Source: Lepidodermella squamata
Taxonomy: Eukaryota; Animalia; Gastrotricha
DNA length: 64,000 nucleotides
NCBI GenBank assembly: GCA_047495785.1
Contig: JBLDXI010000001.1
Coordinates: forward strand, 4,030,001 to 4,094,000
Direction: 5' to 3'
The notes below the pieces were generated by a model. The model saw only the letters and a list, made by a program, of their open reading frames with translations, did not search any database and had not been told where the DNA came from. The position numbers were made by a program, and so were the translations under genes. Numbering within the stretch: the first letter of the stretch is position 1; the number at the start of each line of letters is the position of its first letter. Of the stretch, positions 50,475 to 63,026 are shown piece after piece.

Positions 50475-51615
50475 TATTTTGGTAAATAAAATTCAACCTA
50501 AAAAATTGAAAAATTATTAAAATGACGAAATTTTTCAACATTGTATTTTTCTCAATATTTTTCGCCATTCTGTCTGTCTTCAGTCGATTTGTATTTGTTG
50601 GTAAATTCAAGATAAAAGAAATTTTTTAATATATATAATTTTTTCATCTGACGGCTGGTTCTCAAATTACAGTTTTAGTCACTTGCGTCTTCACAAAAGA
50701 AAAATGTACACAGTTTTACGAAAGATGATGGTATTTAAATGCTAGTTCAAATCATTATTTTTCCAAGGTGTTGCGGTTGTTGAACGCAAGCAAAACGAAA
50801 TAAGAGATGATATATATATAATCTGATTTTTCATTCACCTGTCGTCGATATTTCCACTTTCTACACAGTCACAAACACGGCGGGCGGCCTGGCGGAGACG
50901 AGAAAAAAGAGATATACTATATTATATTTAATCTACGAACCGGGCCGCCCGTTGAAAGCTTCTGGTTGAACCTGAATTGTAGTATTTTCACCTAGTTCTC
51001 CTTGCCAACGAAAAACCGAAAACAAAGGAACAACATAGGCCTAATAAGAAAAATTTCGCAAGAAAAAATTCACAAAAATATTTTCTAAAATTCTTAGTAA
51101 AAATCGTTCCTTTCATGGGATAAGTCAGCCATTGGCCAGGAAATATTGAATAGTATAAGCTCTTACTTGTTCAATCTAGATTAATTCGAAATTAATTTAA
51201 AAATCAGCCTATTTTCCGACTCTTTTTATATCCTGGCATAAATTATTGAATAAAATTTCATGCGTTCTTTGAGTATTTTTGTATCTTTTTCTTGCGAAAT
51301 GTTCAGCGATGATAAAAACTAAAACCGCCCTGGCACCCGTCGACAAACTTGCGTTGCCGCAACAGCAATAAAACGGCTCAAATAACGTAACGCGCTTCTC
51401 AATCAAATATCTTTTATTATAACGATTTTTGGTAGCGTGTGAACATGATGGTGGTGACGCGGTGACGACTGCTGAAAAGACACTTAGTACTGCTCACGGG
51501 CCACGAAGATGAAGAAGAAGAAGAAACGTTCACATCGGTTGATGATGAAGATGATGTCCAATTATTAAATATATATGAAGACTATATTATACTGAGCTAG
51601 AGGTGTGCGCTAACG

Positions 51616-54531
51616 TCACAAGCTGTGGCGGTGTTTCGGCGGCTGCTGATCCGACGGCGGCGTCACGTGGCCGTTCGCCGACGGCTGGTGGTGCCCGTTC
51701 GTCATCGGGGTCGACGCCCCGCCCTGGCTGCGGCGCGACGACGACCGAGTCGCTTTCGCGCCCTGCTGGAGGTTTTCGTTAGGCGACGCTTCCGAGCTGC
51801 CCGTAGCCGCGGTTGTTGTAGTTGGTACGAATAACGAGGGTGGTACGCGGATGTTCTGCCTCACGTAGAATAAGATGTAGGCTTTGGCGGACTGCACGTC
51901 CTCGAGACTAGCTGGGCGCACCGTCGAGTCGTTGAAATGAAACCATTCACCGTTGTTCTGAGCGAAAGTCGTGAAATGCCCACTTCCAGTTCTATAAAAA
52001 AAATAACAATAAAATTCAATTTAATATATTAAAAAAAAATACCAATAAATTATTTCACTAATAATAAATTAATAAATTATTTCATGTCCCCAAATCGAAA
52101 TCGAAATTTACAAAAATAGTTAAATTAAAATTTCCGATAAATTGTCAAACCTAGATAGCTTTAACCCAATCGATTCAATTGTCAATTTGAAATTTTCTGA
52201 TGATTCACGCGTAATTCCAATCCAATCTAATCTTATGACACTCACTTCGGCTATCTTTGTTCTTTTGAGCATGTAATAAAACGATTATTTTACATAAGCA
52301 AGAAGTAACACTATTCCTCATCACGTTATCATGCCGGTAGAATAGCCTTACGTGCTCAAGTCTATATTCAGGACACTTTTTGCTATCATTTATGGGCCTC
52401 CGTGTAAACAAAGACGGGGAAACTGATATGGTCAGTATACGCTTATCTAGTACACGAGAAGCCGGATTACGAGTAGTATGATAGGGGAAATGCGATTGTA
52501 AGCTATGGTATCGATTTTTTCATCACGTAATAATAATAACTTATTGATGAGAAAATCGAGGAGAAAGTTGCTTAGCACAGTATATCGACTATTTGGGAAC
52601 AATTTTTATATAATATAGACCAAAATAACACTGGAAATATGAAATATCAAAATTTTCAATTAAAATTGTTCTCCTATTATATTTCGGAAAATTAAATCGA
52701 TTTAAATAAAAATATCTAAAATGTACCTAAAATTTTTTGTAACATTTGAAACTAGCAGATTGGATAATAAAAATAAATTAATATTATATGCTCACCCCGA
52801 TCCGTGATGAACCACCACAGCCGCAAGATCGTAGTGGCAATCGCTATTAGCAGCCGATAGACGAGTGCAGCGCTGTTCAGTCAACACATATTTCGACATA
52901 TCGAGACAGCGGAGTGGAAAATCGACGAAAGTATCTAATTTAATTCGATTAGTGCCGTTCCACCAGAACCGTTTCAAATGCACGCAAAGAACGTTCGGTA
53001 ACCGTTTGATCGTGAATTTCTTCGTCGACGGCTGCCGTTTTCGACACATCGGGCAGTAGAAGTGTTCAGATTCAGAGAGTTCTTCTAAATCTGTGAACGA
53101 GCTGAAGCAGTCAACCAACCGGCAAGTCAGTGAATTCGCGGCTAGCAGCTGGTCTTTCGGTATCGGAATATCAAGCGAGAGGTCGAGAAAGGGGTCGCGC
53201 TTCACGCTGACGTTATTGCACACGTGACACGCGACATCTGATTGAAGGAGGCCGCCGAAAATCGCCGCGACTATTGTCAACCGACCGAACATCGACATGT
53301 CACTGGGCGACGACGAGCCGAAATCTGACGAAAGAGCTGATGAAACTGAAACATACGGTTTCGCCCGGCCGTTACTCGGCTGTAAATGAGCTAGTTCGGT
53401 GTGAAGCCGGTCGAGAAGAAACCGCATGAATTCATGCGCGTCTTGTTGCTGATGGCCGCGAAACGAGGGTACGACCCGCCAAATCGCAGCGAACAACGCA
53501 TCGGGCGATATTGTCCTTACATTCTTATCACCTAGCGACAACAGGACTTTTCGTAGTTCTTCAACAACGAGCGAATCCTGTTGTTCACCGCTGTTGGGAT
53601 CTGATGGATGTAGACGAGATTGGTCTCGTTTTCGCCTCAAACGAGTTTCTGGCTGCGAAATCGGCGTGTAAGTATCGAGCAGAACGGGTAGCCGTGAATC
53701 CGCTCCGCCATTCACTCCGCTGCCAGGCGCCGTAGGTGACAACGATTGCCCAGCCACGGACTGACGACGTCGAATCACGAAGTTTTTCGCATCCAACGCA
53801 GGTAATTTGGTGATGTAAGACGCGAAATGATCAATATTGCAAAGAGACTGCACCACCGCGTTCATAAAACATGTATTACCGAGGTTCTTCAAGCCAGGCA
53901 ACTTGTTTGCCCCTGAAGATTGCTGGCGACTGGGCCTTGAGCTATTAGAAACACCGCTCTAAAAATTAATAATTCAAAAAATGATGGCGTATTAAGAAAT
54001 TTTAACAAACATTCGATCTTGAAAGCTTTGCTGGGGTAACGCCATTTTCTTTTGGAGAGCTTGTCGGCGTTAAAGAAGCTTTGAAACTGCGATGAAACGT
54101 ATCATCAAACCAAGTGCAGAACTTTCTAGAAAAATCACCTGTTCAACTGATTTCTCAGTGAATCGAGGGCTTCGTTCGAATTAACCACGTATTCATCGCA
54201 CATATAGCTATATTCAAATTATTAGACATTGAGGTCATCAATGGAAATTGAGTACCAATAAATCGCAGTCGAGTCGCAGTCCATAGATACTGAATGACTG
54301 CTCATCTTCTGGAAGTGGGCCAACGAATGGCCCTTCGCGTAGCGGCTACATCCGACGTGACCACAAAATACGCATATCCAAAGCTGATTTTCCACACCGC
54401 AAACTAAAAAATCATGCCCTAATCAAAAATTATATCCATGAGTTTAAAAGGGACTTACCGAGGCAAGATAATAAGAACTTCCTCGGCAGCTGCGCTAGGA
54501 TGCGATGATTAGTCAAATGCGGGCATTCCAT
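51616..54531 (-). CDS. USP3: Ubiquitin carboxyl-terminal hydrolase 3-like (ZnF-UBP + USP domain)
   Basis: MECPHL start; ZnF-UBP WICVFCGHVGCSRY..GHSLAH; GLKNLGNTCFMN; QQDAHEF; LKRF; VVHHGSG..GHFT; AYILFY. Confidence 0.9.
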
Positions 54532-55549
54532 TCAAATAAGCAATAAGTTCACGAATGCTTCAGTTCCATGTCCGTATCTAAAAAAATCAACATATAGAGC
54601 AAGGTATTTCAAAGTCAAAGACTATATAAAAATTGAATTTCGAACATAATTATTCATCAGGAGGTCCCAGGTTCCAATCATATGTGGCAGTAATATGATT
54701 AAGAGGCTGACGATACGATTCTGAAAGAGATTACGCGAAAACTTGAGCATTCGATGTCATGCGATAATTTAGATTACTCTTGAACTCTGGTTTTACAATA
54801 TAGGTTACCTTGACATCACCGGACAGAATGACTGATTGATGACTAAGTGCTCAGGAAATAACCTCAAAGCCATACCATCCCCAAGTTAATACCTGGCACA
54901 AAAGTCTAAAATAGAGGACACGCATGAGTCGAACTCTAACGGGCAGTCCTAAAGAAAAAAGTAAATGAATGAGCTATTACTGACCGAACATGGACTCCGA
55001 AGACCAAAGACAAAAAGCCAAACACTCGAAGAACGAGCTGACGAACGAGAACGACTCGAGACAGGACGACAAGAAAAAATGCACGCGCGCCAACTCGAAT
55101 ATCAAAAAATATAAATCGCCAATTTTGTATCAGAAATGATCTAATGCCACAAAAATAACTTTTTCGTAAATATAAGTCGAACAAAAATTACGCAATCAAA
55201 AAATATTGCCGCGAGATGAAAGGGACCGCGGCGAAAAGCCGACTGCGAAAATGTTTGAGAAGTGCCCTCAGCTGATCGCTTACTCGATACTCGATCCGTC
55301 ATACTTGGCTGCTAGCTCTGTGTGATGATGATGGGTAATGGGGAAAGATCTCGAGAGCTAGATTTTGCCTTTTGCCTTTGTTTTTGATTTGTTAATTCGG
55401 CTGGTTGCTTATCGATTTTTGAAATACGTCATCCGAACCTCGCTCTGCGGTTGTTTTTGATCGTTTTTAGTTATGGAGTTCGATCTATTTTCTCGTCAGT
55501 GTTTAAAATTGACTAAGTCTTATTCAATTTTGATGAATAGCTGCTATTT

Positions 55550-56971
55550 ATGACTGTCAATCATGCGTGGAAAGTTGTCAGATTATTTGCAATTTTAATT
55601 ATTGCCACTTTCTCGTTGATTCCCGTTTCTTTCATCGCTTTCGATTTTGGCGTCAATGAGAGCTCCCCAGATATCTCCACCCAAGAAATTTCAGCGGGAA
55701 GCAGAAGCTTTGGCAGCTTGGTCAACAAGGAGATCTTTGCTAACAGCTATATGCAATCGGGACATGTTTTCACCGAGAGATATCAGAATTTGCTGCCACT
55801 CTCTTCCCCATTAACTGTATCGCTGATATATTCCTTTTCGCCAGAAGTTGAGAAATACATAAGTGAGGCTATCTACGACCCTTTCACCGAAAATGTATAC
55901 ACTAGCCTCGGCCCGGCCATCATTGACATCGATAGGAAACATATTTTGACTGTCCAACGCGTTTGGTTGTCCCATTATGACAAGCTGTTTGCCAAAGATG
56001 CTAATTACAGGTCAAAAAATACGTTCCCCGAGAATTTTCTCTACAAAAGGACATTCGACTCCGAGTGGACGGCGTCTGAGAGAGGCCGGATTTTAGGAAT
56101 ACCGGCAGCTACAAACTGCAGATACATATACAGATCAGATGGTCCAATGGATCCACGTTTGTTTCGCTGGAACAATTCTATTTTTCTGTCATTCCATATG
56201 TGGCATTATGACAGCCAACTAAACGAAGGTGTTGCTCGAATGTTCATGTGGGATTACCGGCTGAACCGAATGGTTAAGCTTAATGTTCCAAAGGAATTCA
56301 GGCCGAGACTTCAAAGAGCTGAAATAAATTGGGTGCCTATATCTTTCAATAACACTCTGTACTTCATATATTCTTTTGACCCACTTCGTGTCTTCAAATG
56401 CGACTTCTACGGCAATTGTTTGTACTCTCATTGGCCTGACGGCGAAGAAAAAGCGCCTTTTCATTTCTTCCATGACGTCATTCGAGGTGGTTCGCCATTT
56501 GTTCTCTATAAATGGCCTTATTATATATCGATTGGTCATTCTCTGGTGGGCACAACCGATAACAAATCACTTTATGGTGCTCACATCATTGTTATAAGTG
56601 TTCATCCAGTTTTTCGACTGGTATACGTCAGCTCTCCGATTCAAGTGAACAAACGCTTGCTAGCTGGTCCAGTGGTTTCTCGAAATTTTACGATAATACG
56701 CCCATTTGTCTTTCCTGTCGGAATAATCCTCAGATCTCCAGATGTCATCGATTTTAGCGCTCATGTCAACGATGAACGTGGCTACATATTTCGAATTCGA
56801 AACGTTGACACTCTCATGAAAGCTGTGATAGACACTGATAGTCAAAATTCGGCGAAGAACCCGAGGGAACGGCCGAAAAAAATGAGACTTGCACATTATG
56901 TTATCGCGAAAGATTTGGCTGAGTTTCACAAAATATCTAACATTAGATATCCCGAGGTGTTTGATAATTGA
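55550..56971 (+). CDS. Intronless type II membrane protein resembling Bmt/GT91 beta-1,2-mannosyltransferase (five-bladed propeller) family
   Basis: N-terminal signal anchor; GPMDPRLF, EINWVP, YFIYSFDPLRVFKC, IRGGSP, IGHS, VYVSSPI resemble motifs I recall from the Bmt family. The family call is from memory. Confidence 0.65.
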   Translation: MTVNHAWKVVRLFAILIIATFSLIPVSFIAFDFGVNESSPDISTQEISAGSRSFGSLVNKEIFANSYMQSGHVFTERYQNLLPLSSPLTVSLIYSFSPEVEKYISEAIYDPFTENVYTSLGPAIIDIDRKHILTVQRVWLSHYDKLFAKDANYRSKNTFPENFLYKRTFDSEWTASERGRILGIPAATNCRYIYRSDGPMDPRLFRWNNSIFLSFHMWHYDSQLNEGVARMFMWDYRLNRMVKLNVPKEFRPRLQRAEINWVPISFNNTLYFIYSFDPLRVFKCDFYGNCLYSHWPDGEEKAPFHFFHDVIRGGSPFVLYKWPYYISIGHSLVGTTDNKSLYGAHIIVISVHPVFRLVYVSSPIQVNKRLLAGPVVSRNFTIIRPFVFPVGIILRSPDVIDFSAHVNDERGYIFRIRNVDTLMKAVIDTDSQNSAKNPRERPKKMRLAHYVIAKDLAEFHKISNIRYPEVFDN

Positions 56972-57087
56972 CGTTTCTTTCACTGCAAATAGGCTCAATT
57001 TAATTTTTGATGGTTTTGAAAACATCATTATTTTTGCTTAATTCAATTATTTATTGCTAATAGGTTTCGCCTTGTATTATAATATCG

Positions 57088-58595
57088 ATGTTTACCGGTT
57101 TAAGGCAGTTTGATGCGTTCTCGAAAACTCAATCCGAGTTTCAAATTCGCACAACTACCGGTGCAATTGGTGAGTAAAATTCGGCGATTTTTTCATGAAA
57201 TTGAGAATAATCGTTTTGCTATTCTAGTTACTATTCTCAGCTTGGTATTTGCGACGATTCTTTTCATAATGGAGCTTTCATTCTACCTATCCTCGTCAAT
57301 TCACACCGAGCTGCTGGTCGATACAGCTCGAAACCAGAAACTCCTCATTAATCTCAACATAACATTTTACGCCATGCCATGCTCGTTTTTAACCGTCGAC
57401 GCTATGGACGTTTCCGGGGCACAGCAGCACAATATTATGCATCAAATGTTCAAGCAGCGGCTTACGTTGGACGGAAAACCAATCGATACCCACGAGACAT
57501 TGGTGCCAAATTTGAAAAATGACACGGCCAAGGGCGGCGATGGCCACGGACACGGTCATGGCCACGAGGCCCACGCAGAGACTACGACTTTGACTAAAGA
57601 AATCGCCCCGCTAGGAGGAGCTTGCGGTTCTTGCTACGGCGCTGAGTCACCCGAACACCGGTGTTGCAATACCTGTGAAGATGTGCGGGCGGCTTATCGT
57701 AAGAAAGGCTGGAGAATTGATGCCTCGAATATGGTGACGATGGAGCAGTGTAAGGATGAGGCGAAATTACGGGTCCCCGGGTCATCCGAGGCGGAAGGCT
57801 GCCTAATTTTCGGCCAGATTGAGGTCAATAAAGTTGGCGGAAATGTCCATATTGCGCCGGGTCATACGTTCAAAGAAGCTCATGGTCATGGTGAGTTTTG
57901 GAAATTAATTAATTTTTTTATTCATTTTTAATACATTTTTATTTTTTTTTCAGTTCATGATATGCAAGACTTGGCTGGCGTGAAGCTCAACACTTCGCAC
58001 AAAATCACTCATTTATCTTTTGGCAAAGACTACCCCGACCGTGTCAATGCCCTCGATGGCGTTACAGCTGTGGCAAATTTCGACTGGACCATGTTCCAGT
58101 ACCACGTTAAAATCGTACCAACCGTCTATGTCCCACTCGAAGGCGAGGTAATAAATTTTAAATTCTTTCAGGAATGGGTAAGGTCCTAAATTGTTTGACA
58201 TGTCGACTTTATTTCCTCCCTTTTTATTTCATTGAAAATTGTATTATTTGCAAATAATTTTCAATTTTTGGCGTTGAATTTGATTTCTTAATTTTATATT
58301 TAATTTGCAAATTTTTGTAATATTTTAGGCGCTATTCACGAATCAGTACTCAGCGACGGTGAATCAAAAAATGCAAGAGAATTCGATGGAGAAAAACTTG
58401 CCGGGCGTGTTTTTCATGTACGACTTTTCACCGATGACCGTCAAATATACGGAGCAGAAGCGCAGCCTAACGCACTTTCTAACGTCAACCTGCGCCATTG
58501 TCGGCGGCGTTGTTACCGTGGCTGGTCTTGTCGACTCGTTGCTTTACCATTCAAGCCGCGCAATTGCGAAAACGCGGGAGCCGAAAGCTAATTAA
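57088..58595 (+). CDS. ERGIC3: ER-Golgi intermediate compartment protein 3 (Erv46)
   Basis: MFTGLRQFDAFSKT..|VTILS; DAMDVSG; CGSCYGAE..CCNTCEDVRAAY; VNKVGGNVHIAPG; LPGVFFMYDFSP; CAIVGGV. Confidence 0.95.
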
Positions 58596-59089
58596 CTTCG
58601 AAAATCAATCATATAATATCGTAAATTATTTCATGAAAAAATATTTATTCTTAGAGCAATTGATGAAAAATTCTAGTCGAGGGAAGAAGACTGCCAGAAA
58701 TTTTTGTGATCTTGTTTTGACTTGTATCGGGCCATTTTTTCGTTGATGAAAAAAAACACAAACTTGTCATTCCCTCGCAATTTCGTTTGATCTGAGTGTT
58801 GTAAAGTGTCACTAGAGAAATACAAGCCAATTTCAGGCTTGTTTTTCAATTGGATATTTCTATGTTCGTGAGTACTGGATGTTGAGAAAACTGCTGTGCA
58901 ACAAAAACCGAGCAGCTCAAAAATGAATGATAATAATAATAATTTTTGAAGGTGGATGACGCTATTATATATTCGGTCTGAAGAATAAATTTTTATAAGA
59001 AACCGCGAAAATCGATTGGTTTTGTTATTGGTAATGCGTAATTTTATTTCTTCGATAGGTGTGATATTTTGTGTACAGTGTGAGTGAAA

Positions 59090-59473
59090 ATGCCAGTCCC
59101 TCAGCATGCGATGCGAGGCCAGCAACAGCCGACCTGTTCCGACAAGGTGAAATTCGGGTTGAGAATGGGCTTTTTTGTTGGCATGTCCTCTGGCCTTCTA
59201 TTCGGCGGTTTTACCGCATTTCGGTGAGCTTCCAAAAATTTCAAAATTTCAATTTAAATTGCGAATTTCAGGATATTAAAATGTTTGCATTTTTTAAGCT
59301 TGAAAGTATTGTAAAACAATTCCGAATTTTAACATAATTTTCCTGGTTTTTTCAATTTTTTTAGGTATGGCCTTCGAGGTCGTGAATTAGTGAAAACTCT
59401 CGGCAAGGCGATGCTTCAAGGCGGTGCGACATTCGGCTTATTTATGGGCGTCGGCACGGCGATTCGTTGTTAG
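59090..59473 (+). CDS. ROMO1: Reactive oxygen species modulator 1 (Mgr2), 80 aa; absent from the ORF track
   Basis: Exons 59090-59223 and 59365-59473: MPVP..PTCSDKVKFGLRMGF..GLRGRELVKTLGKAMLQGGATFGLFMGVGTAIRC*. Confidence 0.95.
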
Positions 59474-62400
59474 CGTTTCAAATATACATCCTCGCAGTAG
59501 AGTTTCAAACCCGGCATAAATACAAAATAAATCATTATGTTTATCGACACCAGTTAAAGTCGCGTAGTAATTCAAGGGTGACTATTATTACTTTGCTCAC
59601 GATTGCTCCCGAAGCTATAAACCGATACCATAGCGTCGTCTGTATTTGTGTGCTTCTGATTCGATTTTTTCCAGAAAAAAGATGATAAAATAATTAAAAT
59701 GAAATAAAAATGAAAGACTATTAATGAAGGATGTATTTATTATTATGAAACAGCTGAGCATGCATATGGCGGGCCGAGTATGGTTTAACCAATCCGGAGA
59801 AATTGTGTCCAACCGAATCAGTTTCTCTCCAATTTATTTGCCAGCGGTAAAATTGCCGCTGGTAAAGTTTCGGTAAAATTGCCGATGAAGGAAATTGAAA
59901 AAAATATTGTGTTTGGTGTCATTTAAAAAAGGGTGCAACCTTTCATACATATTTTTTCCATTAAATTCGAGCTGAAAACATCAGGGAAATGCCATATGCA
60001 CTAGTTTTCGGTTTATATAAAAGAAAAACAGGGTTCCGAAAGCGTAGTCAATTTGTTTCGCATGAAAATGGTTATTGGAAAAGTGCAAGGGCCCAAAAAT
60101 CGAACTCTGTAAAAACGCGAAACTCGAACTAACCCTAACACCTTAACCCTGAACCCTAAGCAAATCCCCTTTGCGTAAACGTCACGCAATTATCAAACCA
60201 GTTTTTCCGGCTCTTTTCGTCGTCGCACATTTTTCCCACGCGAGAATGTACCTCAGACCTTTATACTTAAGGAAAATATACGGATCAACAAATAATTTAG
60301 ACGAACCGATATATCAACAAAAATTGTTGCTCTCCACCTGCCCTATTATAACCTGTTTTCCCTTAATATGAAGCAATTAATCATTTAATCATTTACGGGA
60401 AGCGATCTTGATACATCTGCGTGTTAATCGATGCGTAATAATGTAATAACCTGCTCGCACCTAATTGCTAATTGCTAATTGAGCAATTATAGGCACGAGC
60501 GGTTAGCAGTTTAACGCGGTGACCGTTGATCGTGTGTAACGCGCCGCTATTTCAGCGCGCGAGTCGACGCACCTGCTTTATTGTTGGCCCTCCAATATTT
60601 CAGCGTTTATTGAAATCACAGGCAAATTTGACATTAGACGGTCGATATAGATTGGACTTTGTCACGCAATACGCAATGCGAAATAATTGTTGTTAAAAGC
60701 CGGTAGAGTAATAAACGCCATAATTTGAATCTCACCAGAGATATGTATTTGGATTGAGATGATAGAGCCGCAACAAATTCACGGGCATTTTCAGCGAATG
60801 GCTAAATTCTTTAAGAACTAGATAAATCTGCGCCTCTTGTCCGGATTTTTGTGGGCTTATAACGTCAACGCAGCATAACATCATTATAATCCATCTAAAA
60901 CCTACCGGCCAGTAACCGCTCACCACCGATTACGCGACGCTGTTTCGGAAAGCTTCGGAAAGCACGCTGCACGCTACATTCATAGCTCAGAGCCTTATGA
61001 ACGCTGTTTTAAACTTTGATTTCCAAATTAACTTTGCTCTTGTCGCCTTTGGTATTACAAGAGTACAAGTTTTATCGGACCTATATTAACCGCTCTTTTC
61101 ATATTCAGTGCGTTTTTTACGGGTTAATATGATTTATTCACTTTTTAAGTAGTCGCACGTTATGAAGTGTGAGTACCTAACTACTACGGCGGGCGGCGGG
61201 AAAAATATCCGTCTAAATCATTTTATTGCTTCTATCACTGTGCGTCCCATTAGCGCATGACGTGACACTACGTGAATCATCGTAGTGCTATATTACAATG
61301 GGGAGGCGACTACAACTAAGTGTCTGGCCTTGGGCCGCCCGCTCCAATCTTGGTACTCAAACTTGATGTTTCGCGCGCAAAAAAATCGTTAATTATACGA
61401 CGTGTATATGCGCACCAGAAACATTGTTACTTTAATGAGGCTTTCCCTATGTATACTTTTAGTTGGAATCTCCGTTCTATCCACGAGCATGTTAACGCAA
61501 TCCTGATGTTTACAAATGTACCTGGCAATAATTAGAAGCTGTCATTTTTTGATATGAAACAATGGCAGTACGGCGCGCACCATAGCGGCGGAAATGTTTA
61601 ATTAACGGCCCCTATAGGTATTTCGAGTTGAGCGTGTTGAATGAAATTTGGCGCATTTCTCAGGAATTCAAGTATTATTTGACTCTTAGCTACTTTCGGA
61701 ATCGGCTTTTTTTTATTTACCACGCTTACGGCGGACATTTTGTTTACTGATTTTATACTTACGGTTCGGTCCGGCGTAATAGTCGACACAATCATCGGTT
61801 TTTGCAAATTCGCAGGCTATTATAATTTTTCTTTATAGAATGAATGCAGTTTTTCGCACGTTATGCATGTAGGAATACTACGGCGGGCGGCGGGTAAATT
61901 TATTTTCTGTAACATCAGGGATCAGGAATGAGCCAAACGAGTAAATTAATTAGTGTAATAGGGAATTTGTAGTGGGTTAAAGATTAATGGTTGGGTTATT
62001 TTTAATTTTTGATTATTAGAAATCAACCTGATTTCTGATATTCGACTTACCACATTCTGACATGATTATATCCTGCGATCTACCGGAGGAAATTTCAGGC
62101 TCGCTATCGGTATTTTACCCGGTCGGACCAATTTTCTCCGGTTTTTTATTCCAGCTAGCAAGAAGTTTCATTTTTGAATAACATTTCCATTTTGATTTTG
62201 TTTCTGTACTGAAAAATGCGCTTTGGACTGCTTAATTGACCGACCTTTATTAGGCCAGTTGTTATTCATATTTTTGTACTTCCTAGTAAAATCCATGTCA
62301 TCTGCTAATCAGGAGTAATAATATCCCTTGATTTGTACAAATATTAGTTTCATTTTTTTACAGTTCGATCATGAAATAATGTGACATCGCCTCTCTATTT

Positions 62401-62626
62401 AGGCTTTCTCACCCCCCTCCTGTATTTTCTTGCTGCCCGAGCGTAGCTAGAGTGTGGCGGTGGCTTACGGTAAGCTCCACCCACCGCGCGATGGCTACGG
62501 CTACGCTGTGGCCATTCACGGTTATGACCTCGCGCGCACTATTTTATTGCACCTAGCGGTACTTTTATTTGCTTGCGTTGGCCAATGGCAGTCGCCCGCC
62601 ACACAGCGGGCGGAGCTTAGATGGTC

Positions 62627-62633
62627 TATATAA
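62627..62633 (+). promoter_or_regulatory. TATA box, candidate promoter of the helicase gene
   Basis: TATATAA preceded by CCAAT (62582) and a GC box (GGGGCGG); a candidate 5'-UTR intron follows (gtaagg ~62854, polypyrimidine tract, tgtag ~62935). Confidence 0.5.
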
Positions 62634-63026
62634 GGAACCGAAAACCTCATAATGACCAGTTGCTGAATTTCAGTATTACTGAGAGTTATGGGTTTATAGT
62701 TGTAGAGTTGTAGAGTTGTAGAGTCATCTTACCCACTCGCAGTATTAGGTGCGATGACTTGGTCTTCTCGACTGCGATGGTTAATTATAGAATTGTAGAG
62801 GGTTTCATCCCAAGTCCTCGGGACTTGTATATTTACACAATGGAATGAAAGAGTAAGGCGAGTGATGACTGGTGACTCATTCAATTATACTTTCTCTTTC
62901 TTTTTATCTCCCTCCTCTTTGGGCTATTACTGTAGCTTTTATCTATTAATTTTACTCCCAAACAATTTTGTCTTATTATTTAGTATTACTTATTAGGTAA
63001 TTTTTATCAAAACTTCTAAATAAAAA

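Noticed and set aside
60130-60160. Telomere-like aaccctaac..aaccctgaaccctaa
   Set aside because: Only 3-4 degenerate interstitial units; such tracts are common inside invertebrate repeats.
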